Below are positions 36,485 through 43,098 of a stretch of 47,637 nt of DNA, piece by piece. The stretch lies in the NCBI GenBank assembly GCA_964587725.1, contig CAZPLO010000006.1:20548-68184 (forward strand). Direction: 5' to 3'. Made by a program: the position numbers and the translations under genes. Position 1 is the stretch's first letter; each line of letters begins with the position of its first letter. Source of the stretch: an uncultured archaeon (lineage in GTDB: Archaea > Altiarchaeota > Altiarchaeia > IMC4 > SCGC-AAA252-I15). The notes under the pieces are model-generated. The model saw only the letters and a program-made list of their open reading frames with translations, was not told the DNA's origin and did not search any database.

Positions 36485-38536
36485 ATGCTGGTCAAAGAGC
36501 TGAAGATCCAGGGAGAGTTCAGAGACATGCTGGAGTCCATAGGTGTCAGCGAACTATACCCGCCGCAGCATCTGGCGGTCGAAGCAGGCGTCATGGAAGG
36601 ACGCAACATCATATTATGCACGCCGACCGCCAGCGGCAAAACCATCGCCGCGGAACTCGGCATCATCAAGGCCTTGGAGACCGGGAAAAAGGCAGTGTAT
36701 ATTGTCCCCCTCCGGGCGCTCGCCTACGAGAAGGCCGGGGAGTTCCGCAAATACGAGAAACTCGGCTACAAAGTTCGGCTGGAGGTGGGGGACCTCGACA
36801 GCAGCCGCTACAAACGCAAGCCGGAGTTCGACATCCTCGTCGCCACAGCCGAAAAATGCGACAGCATACTGCGGAGCAAGCCGGAGTGGTTCAATGGCGT
36901 GGGCATGCTCGTGCTGGACGAGATACATTTGATAGCGTCGGACAGGGGGCCGGTGTACGAGGTGTTGTGCAGCAAGTTCCGCAACATATACCCTGACGTG
37001 CAGGTGCTGGGGTTGTCCGCCACCGTAGGCAACGCCGACGAACTCGCGGACTGGCTGAACGCCGAACTGGTGTCTTCGGACTGGCGGCCCGTGCAGCTGA
37101 CCGAAGAGGTGGTGGTGAAGTCCGAGGAAGGGCTGCCGGAGGTGGTGTCCAAAAGCCTGGGCGGAGGGCAGGTGCTGGTGTTCGTCAACAGCAGAAGGAG
37201 CGCTGAAGCGGTTGCGGAGAAACTCGGCGCCGCATTGAAGCTGGACGCAGACAACGGGGACATCGCGGAGGAAATCGAGTCCGCCTTGAATCCTGCCACG
37301 AAACAGTGCCGGCGCCTCGCGGACTGCGTGAGGAAGGGCACGGCATTCCACCACGCCGGTTTGGTGAACCAGCAGCGCGTTGCCGTGGAGGACGCATTCA
37401 AGAAGGGCAAAGTAGAGGTGATAGCCGCGACACCCACATTGGCGGCGGGCGTGAACCTGCCGTCGAGGACCGTCGTTTTACGTGATGTGCGTCGTTACAC
37501 CGCCAACGGCCTAGCATACATTAACGTTTTAGAGTACAAGCAGATGGTTGGGCGGGCAGGCAGGCCCATGTACGACGACACTGGACTGGCTATTACGCTC
37601 GCCAAGGACGGGGAGGAGGCGGATTACATAACCGAACATTACGTGATGGGTGAGCCGGAGGACATATACAGCCAGCTGGGTGTGCATCCGGTGCTCCGGT
37701 TCCACACCCTCGCTTCTGTCGCATCCGGATTCACCCGCACCCACGACGCACTGGTGGAGTTCATGCGCAGCACCTTCTTCGGCCACCAGTACGGCGTACG
37801 CGAGGAACTGGAGGATTTATTGAAGCGGGTGTGCGACGAACTCGCGGAATGGGGTTTCCTCAATCCTGAGGGCAGGTTCCTGCTGGCCACCGACCTGGGA
37901 ACCAGGGTCAGCGAACTATACATAGACCCGCTGACAGCGCACAACTACATACGGTTGTTCACGCAGGCCGAGGAGGAGGGGAAGTTCGACAGCCTCGGCA
38001 TATTGGAGGTGTTGTGCGACTCCGCCGAGATACACAACCTGTACGTGAAGTCCAGGGAGGAAGGCGACCTGTGGGGTGAGGCGTATGAGGCGGAGGACAA
38101 GCTGCTGCGGGACCTCGGCGGGTTCGGGCTGGACTTCGACTTCCTCAACCGGTTCAAGACCGCCCGTATGTTCCAGGAGTGGATTAGCGAGCGGACCGAG
38201 GACGAGATACTCGAACAATACGGTGTGACGCCGGGGCAGCTGAACATGCGTCTGCGGAACCTCGAGTGGCTGTGTTATTCTGCTGCGGAGCTGACGAGGA
38301 TACTGCAGCTCCGCAGAGTGCATGTGCGGCTGAAGAAGCTGGAGTCCCGTGTGAAATACGGGGTCGGCGAGGAGCTGGTGCCGCTGGTGTCGGTGAAGGG
38401 CGTCGGCCGCGTCAGGGCGCGCAAGCTGTACGGCTCGGGCATAAAGACGGTGTTGCAGCTGAAGAAGACCCCCAAGAAGGAGCTAGCCAAAATACTCGGC
38501 CCCAAGGTCGCCGAAAACGTGAAAAGGGAATTATAA
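36485..38536 (+). CDS. hel308: ATP-dependent DNA helicase Hel308 (Ski2-like)
   Basis: PTASGKT, DEIH, LSAT, HHAGL, QMVGRAGRP, LYIDP, GVGRVRARKLY. Confidence 0.95.
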   Translation: MLVKELKIQGEFRDMLESIGVSELYPPQHLAVEAGVMEGRNIILCTPTASGKTIAAELGIIKALETGKKAVYIVPLRALAYEKAGEFRKYEKLGYKVRLEVGDLDSSRYKRKPEFDILVATAEKCDSILRSKPEWFNGVGMLVLDEIHLIASDRGPVYEVLCSKFRNIYPDVQVLGLSATVGNADELADWLNAELVSSDWRPVQLTEEVVVKSEEGLPEVVSKSLGGGQVLVFVNSRRSAEAVAEKLGAALKLDADNGDIAEEIESALNPATKQCRRLADCVRKGTAFHHAGLVNQQRVAVEDAFKKGKVEVIAATPTLAAGVNLPSRTVVLRDVRRYTANGLAYINVLEYKQMVGRAGRPMYDDTGLAITLAKDGEEADYITEHYVMGEPEDIYSQLGVHPVLRFHTLASVASGFTRTHDALVEFMRSTFFGHQYGVREELEDLLKRVCDELAEWGFLNPEGRFLLATDLGTRVSELYIDPLTAHNYIRLFTQAEEEGKFDSLGILEVLCDSAEIHNLYVKSREEGDLWGEAYEAEDKLLRDLGGFGLDFDFLNRFKTARMFQEWISERTEDEILEQYGVTPGQLNMRLRNLEWLCYSAAELTRILQLRRVHVRLKKLESRVKYGVGEELVPLVSVKGVGRVRARKLYGSGIKTVLQLKKTPKKELAKILGPKVAENVKREL

Positions 38537-38631
38537 CTGCTTTTATTTCTATATTGAGCATAATTTATAGAGGTGGCAAAGAACTTAACATTTTTAAAGC
38601 CTAGAGGACATAGCTACTTTGAGGTGTGGTA

Positions 38632-38868
38632 ATGGATGTCATTGAGATAACAGAGGATAACAGGGAAGTTATTTTAGATTTATTCGATAAAGGGGTTGAC
38701 TCTGAGGGGTATATTATTGAACAGAGAACAGGTAATAGGTTAATGTGCCCTTATTCAAAACAGGAGATTAAAGTCGATTCATTTTCCATTCTGCCTGGGT
38801 CTTGTACATTCATCAATAACAGTCCATATTGTTTCACTGAGCATATGGTAGACCACAACCTTTACTAA
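38632..38868 (+). CDS. Small hypothetical protein (AT-rich insert)
   Basis: GAGGTG SD 5 nt before ATG 38632; 78 aa ORF. Confidence 0.7.
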   Translation: MDVIEITEDNREVILDLFDKGVDSEGYIIEQRTGNRLMCPYSKQEIKVDSFSILPGSCTFINNSPYCFTEHMVDHNLY

Positions 38869-38876
38869 TCGTCAAG

Positions 38877-39689
38877 ATGGATGAATTGCCAGAAGACAAT
38901 TCTCATTCTCCTGAAAGAGCTGTTGCAATCCGAGTTATTGAGAACATTATTAGAAAATGTTTATTGGGTACTGGAAAGTTTCAAGACAAAGCCGCTTCTG
39001 CAATATTGCAAATCATATTATATTGGAAATACATACCTGATGATATTAAGAAGAAGGCTAGAAACGCTTTTAAAACCTTATGGAACATCAAGTCTGTTAC
39101 CTTGTCCACAGATAAGAATAATGCTGATAGCTTAACCAATATTACTATACATGATCCTAGACTAAATCAATTTGTAGAAGAATTACCAAAGGAGGATAGA
39201 TATCCTATCTTTGCCGCTGTTGAGATTTACGATTTAATCGAAAGAGGGCTCCACAAAGATGCTGAAGAAAGGAAGGAATCTCTTAAAGATAGGAATTATC
39301 GACTGAATGGTGAAATAATTTGTCATTTGATAACCACCGGGGATATCAATATTTTTTTAGATGAGATTAGTGGAATTGATGATATAGAAGAGAGGGTAGA
39401 TAGGTTTAGATGGTGGGTGAATAATTACTACAAAGTTGCTATACTAGTATCCCCTGATGAAATAAAAGAGTCTGAGAAACTTAAGGAACGGATTCTTGAA
39501 ACGTGTCGATCACTGGCAAGACCATATGTATTAATCCATTTAACTGGTAGTGATGAAGACTGCAGAGGGTTAGTAGCGATAGCAGAATCATTAAAAGAAC
39601 AGCTTAAGTTTTTGTTGATGGAAAAAGATGTTCATGAATCTGGACTAAATACTGCAGTAACCATTAAAATCATTTTCAAAGATTTATAG
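38877..39689 (+). CDS. Hypothetical protein (AT-rich insert)
   Basis: 270 aa ORF in low-GC DNA, unlikely by chance; 8 bp after the previous gene; no motif recognised. Confidence 0.8.
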   Translation: MDELPEDNSHSPERAVAIRVIENIIRKCLLGTGKFQDKAASAILQIILYWKYIPDDIKKKARNAFKTLWNIKSVTLSTDKNNADSLTNITIHDPRLNQFVEELPKEDRYPIFAAVEIYDLIERGLHKDAEERKESLKDRNYRLNGEIICHLITTGDINIFLDEISGIDDIEERVDRFRWWVNNYYKVAILVSPDEIKESEKLKERILETCRSLARPYVLIHLTGSDEDCRGLVAIAESLKEQLKFLLMEKDVHESGLNTAVTIKIIFKDL

Positions 39690-39708
39690 ATTATTTGAGT
39701 AATATTAT

Positions 39709-39737
39709 AAATAATTGTTAAAAATTAACAATTATTT
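39709..39737. repeat. Perfect 13-bp AT-rich inverted repeat at the right edge of the insert
   Basis: AAATAATTGTTAA-aaa-TTAACAATTATTT. Confidence 0.75.
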
Positions 39738-40637
39738 CAACTTTTCCAGCAGAAGACAGACCTTGCATTTCTTCCCCGACGCCGGCTCCCCGCATATAAC
39801 GCACGCGCCCGGCTTCTGCCGCCGCTGCCGCTCCTTCATTACCGCTGAAAATTCGTCCATGCTCCGGAGCATCTGGTACTTGCTGCCGGGATGCCGCTCC
39901 TCCAGCTCATTCAGCAGCTCCTTCGCCGTGGTCCTGAAAGACGACTTCGAATACGGGCACCGTATCCTGGTGTAAGGCAACTCCATGAAGTCCGCGTAAT
40001 ACTTGACCTCTTCCTCGGGGCACTCCCGCAATGGCTTGATGCGGGGCACGAAGCCTTTGTGCCGGCTGACCCCGACTTCCGGACCGAGGCGGGCCATACG
40101 CTGCAGGTCCCCGCGGACGATGTTCATGAACCCGCCCTGTATTTCGTCGTCGAGGTTGTGGCCCGTCGCCACCTTGTCCGCCTTCAGTTTTTTAGCGTGG
40201 TCGTTCAGCACACGCCGCTTCAGGACACCGCAGATGCTGCACGCCAACACGCCGTCAGCATCTTTCATGACGTCGTCTATGGTGAAGCCGAAGTGCTCCT
40301 TGAAGGATGTGAGATGGTGTTCTATGCCGTTGATTCCACAGTATTTCACCGCCTTCCGCAGGCTCTTGCACCGTATGCCCTCGTCCACCGAGAGCGCGAC
40401 AAGTTTTTGTTTCGGGTTGCGGGAGATGATGTCGTTCAGCATCTTCAATGCTGTGAGACTGTCTTTTCCGCCTGAAAGACCAACCAATACTGTGTCGTTT
40501 TTCCCGAGCAGCCGGTTCTGCCTTACTGTCTTCTTCACCCGCTTCTCAAACAACTCCAGAAAGTGTTTTTTGCACAGCCAGTGGCCACTGTAGCGGAGTT
40601 CAACCACTCCTTTGCGGGTGCATCGGAAACACCTCAT
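39732..40637 (-). CDS. ncsA: tRNA 2-thiolation protein, TtuA/NcsA family (TIGR00269-like)
   Basis: Start set at MRCFRC (ATGA overlap); CxxC..CKKH, SGGKDS, CSICG, TGHNLDDE, PRIKPL, CPY, C-terminal zinc finger. Confidence 0.9.
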   Translation of the reverse strand: MRCFRCTRKGVVELRYSGHWLCKKHFLELFEKRVKKTVRQNRLLGKNDTVLVGLSGGKDSLTALKMLNDIISRNPKQKLVALSVDEGIRCKSLRKAVKYCGINGIEHHLTSFKEHFGFTIDDVMKDADGVLACSICGVLKRRVLNDHAKKLKADKVATGHNLDDEIQGGFMNIVRGDLQRMARLGPEVGVSRHKGFVPRIKPLRECPEEEVKYYADFMELPYTRIRCPYSKSSFRTTAKELLNELEERHPGSKYQMLRSMDEFSAVMKERQRRQKPGACVICGEPASGKKCKVCLLLEKLK

Positions 40638-41080
40638 CTTAGGCCGTAGGCGGACTCCATCTTCTCGAGGACGCGTTCGCTGTATTTCAGGCTCTCCGAC
40701 ACCACCTGCCGGGTTTTCTTGAACGCCTCCGACGGCTTCTTGTTGGCTGTGAACCGGTGCTTGCCGCCGACCGTATCCAGCAAGCCGATTCTTTCGAAGT
40801 AGTTCATCCACACCTGGATGTTCCGGTCCGTCAACCCGTAGCTTATCCTCTTGACCTTCCTGCGGCGCCGCAACTCAATGATTCCCTCCTTCACCTCCGC
40901 AGTCGTCAACGGAACGTCGTTTGCGCGGGACATGACCAACACCTCCATCAGATCCCTCGCAACATCGGATGTGACGCCGATGCTGTCCAGGAACGCTTCA
41001 AGAAGCTCACGGGGGTCGTCCGTGATCAATGCGGAGTCGTCGCGCCACCGTAGTTTTATGTCTGCTAGGAGCTCAGCCAT
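40634..41080 (-). CDS. Hypothetical protein, probably winged-helix
   Basis: LTTAEV...LTDRNIQVWMNYFERIGLL...HRF pattern; coupled to ncsA. Confidence 0.7.
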   Translation of the reverse strand: MAELLADIKLRWRDDSALITDDPRELLEAFLDSIGVTSDVARDLMEVLVMSRANDVPLTTAEVKEGIIELRRRRKVKRISYGLTDRNIQVWMNYFERIGLLDTVGGKHRFTANKKPSEAFKKTRQVVSESLKYSERVLEKMESAYGLR

Positions 41081-41294
41081 CTTCCATCCTCTCCGCGAAC
41101 TCGCCTATCTCCCGGTCTATCTCCTCCAGCCGCCACGTCTGCTTGTCCCTCAGCAGTATGGCCGCATCCAGCATGTCCTTGCGTATGAGCTTCACGTCCT
41201 CCTCCAGCGCCTCCAGGTTCCCCTCCATCCTGTCGTACCGGACTATAATCCGCTTTAACATGCCTTTCAAACGGTCTTCAGTGGCCTCGTCCAT
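41073..41294 (-). CDS. Small helical hypothetical protein
   Basis: 73 aa coiled-coil-like ORF overlapping the next gene by 8 bp. Confidence 0.65.
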   Translation of the reverse strand: MDEATEDRLKGMLKRIIVRYDRMEGNLEALEEDVKLIRKDMLDAAILLRDKQTWRLEEIDREIGEFAERMEDG

Positions 41295-41329
41295 GTTATT
41301 TATTAAGTACTTAGTGGGTTATTATAAGG

Positions 41330-41806
41330 ATGGCGGACAAACCCGTGTACGAGAAAACCCTCAACGAAGACCTCGACGTCGACCGGAAGATGGGTGAAGG
41401 CGGCGTCCATGCGAGAGTCTACCTGGAGGTGCAGGGGACCGACTTGGAGGCCTCCAAGACCGCGTTGGAGAATAGCGTGTACAATAAACTGGGCGCCGAG
41501 AAACACATAAGCATTCTGACCGTGAAGATGTATGACATCAAGAAGGAGGAGGGCGAGTACTTTTCGGGCGTCAGCGAGGTCGAACTGGTGGCGGACGACT
41601 TCCGGTGGTTCGTCAACACCGTATTGCGTTACGGGCCGTCGGCCATCGAGATAATGGAACCCGACGAGGTTAAGCTGGGCCCGGAGCAGATGCACAGCAT
41701 CATAGCGGACGTCAGCGACTTCGCCCACATGTACAGTCAGCAGATTATTTCCATGTTCAAGGACCCGGAGAGGAGGGCTCTGTACGAGAAGATGCTGGAG
41801 GAGTAG
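41330..41806 (+). CDS. Conserved archaeal hypothetical protein
   Basis: FSGVSEVEL, LRYGPSAIEIMEP motif; typical codon usage; T tract after the stop. Confidence 0.8.
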   Translation: MADKPVYEKTLNEDLDVDRKMGEGGVHARVYLEVQGTDLEASKTALENSVYNKLGAEKHISILTVKMYDIKKEEGEYFSGVSEVELVADDFRWFVNTVLRYGPSAIEIMEPDEVKLGPEQMHSIIADVSDFAHMYSQQIISMFKDPERRALYEKMLEE

Positions 41807-41843
41807 TTTTTTATTCATCCAGCTAATATTTTAACGGGAAAAA

Positions 41844-42875
41844 ATGAGGATTTACGCCGTCTTGACCCTGTTCCTGCTCCTCACCGCATCCGCTTCAGCA
41901 CAGGTCATAACCGACATAAACTTGTGGATTGGGGAGGACGGGTTCACCTGGGTGGAGGAACGGTTCCTGCTCGAAGACGAGGGGGAGAACGCCCACTTAA
42001 CACTCCCAGCCTTCGCCGACGACATAGTGGTGATGGACGAACACGGCAGGCTAGCCTATAACGTAACGGCCGAAAACGGAGTCAAGGACGTGAAGGTCGA
42101 GCTCCGGGAGTATCTGGAGGAGGGGCAGACCCTGGAGCTGCAGGCCAACTACGGCACACACCACCTCACCAAGAAGGAGGAGGGTGTGTGGAGTTTCAGC
42201 TACTACGCGCCTGCTTCGCCCAGGAGGACCATCGTCCGGGTGACGTATCCTGTGGGGGCGCAGGTGCTGACTCTCCATCCCTCGGAGCTGCTGAGGACCT
42301 ATGTGGAAAACGGTGTGTGGCTGTATCCGCAGGAGGAGACCTTCAACTTCACCAGCACCTACCAGTACGGCGGCTTTAAGCCGGATGTGACCACCACCAC
42401 GGTCCCCGGCAGGGAGGGGATGCTGGTGTTGGACGCCGGAGCCATCTACGTACTCGCCTTGGCCGTGCTGCTGTTGGCCGCCGGGGCTGGAGCATACGTA
42501 CTGTACAGGCGGACCGCCTCTGCCCCAGGCAACGGCTCCTCCATGACCGTCGAGGTGGCGGAGGACGTCATCAGCGAACCCAACGTCGTGGAAGGCGGCG
42601 TTTCATACGATATGGCGGGTTCCAACGACCTCAGCAGCAGGAACATCAAGGAATCCGTGCTCAAGATGCTCGACGACAAGGAACTGGAGATAGTCAAAAT
42701 GCTTGAGAATTCGGAGGAGGATGAGGTCACGCAGGCATACATCCATAAAACCACGGGAATACCCAAAGCAAGCTTGTCTGACATTTTAAAGCGCATAGAG
42801 AAGCGGAATATAATAGAAAGGCGCGTAGAGGGTCGTGTTAAATGGATAAGACTTAAATCATGGGTTTTAGAATGA
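41844..42875 (+). CDS. Membrane-anchored helix-turn-helix regulator (COG2512-like)
   Basis: Signal peptide, beta-rich ectodomain, one TM, C-terminal wHTH (TQAYIHKTTGIPKASLSDILKRIEKRNIIERRVEGR). Confidence 0.85.
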   Translation: MRIYAVLTLFLLLTASASAQVITDINLWIGEDGFTWVEERFLLEDEGENAHLTLPAFADDIVVMDEHGRLAYNVTAENGVKDVKVELREYLEEGQTLELQANYGTHHLTKKEEGVWSFSYYAPASPRRTIVRVTYPVGAQVLTLHPSELLRTYVENGVWLYPQEETFNFTSTYQYGGFKPDVTTTTVPGREGMLVLDAGAIYVLALAVLLLAAGAGAYVLYRRTASAPGNGSSMTVEVAEDVISEPNVVEGGVSYDMAGSNDLSSRNIKESVLKMLDDKELEIVKMLENSEEDEVTQAYIHKTTGIPKASLSDILKRIEKRNIIERRVEGRVKWIRLKSWVLE

Positions 42876-42885
42876 AAAGGTCTGT

Positions 42886-42980
42886 TTCGAACGTTATATT
42901 AGGTGAAGGAGGAGCTTCGAACGTTCTTAAGTATATTATAGTATTATGCACCTTATTGTTCACCCCAGGTTATAAATAAA
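42886..42980 (+). promoter_or_regulatory. S-layer gene promoter with tandem direct repeats
   Basis: TTCGAACGTT at 42886-42895 and 42916-42925; TTATAAATA at 42970-42978. Confidence 0.7.
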
Positions 42981-42994
42981 GCAACGTGTAATTC

Positions 42995-43065
42995 TAGATG
43001 CGCTAAAACCCTAGGGGACGCCACGCTTGTTAAGCGTGGTGTCCGAAAGGGATAAGCGTAATCTA
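42995..43065 (+). ncRNA. Structured 5' leader (long interrupted hairpin) of the S-layer mRNA
   Basis: Nested pairings TAGAT-GCGCT/AGCGT-AATCTA, CCCT/AGGG and GGACGCCACGCTT/AAGCGTGGTGTCC. Confidence 0.65.
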
Positions 43066-43098
43066 AAAAACAAGAAAAACAAGAGGTGAAGTAAGAAG

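Larger units (their letters stand above)
38537..39731. other. AT-rich, probably horizontally acquired two-gene insert
   Basis: Hand counts of sample 60-mers give 32-40% GC, against 67% in a sample from the adjacent hel308 3' end; boundaries are sharp. Confidence 0.75.

Noticed and set aside
38881-39135. 84 aa alternative-frame ORF inside the AT-rich 270 aa gene
   Set aside because: Fully nested, no SD, Leu-rich off-frame composition; no support for independent coding.
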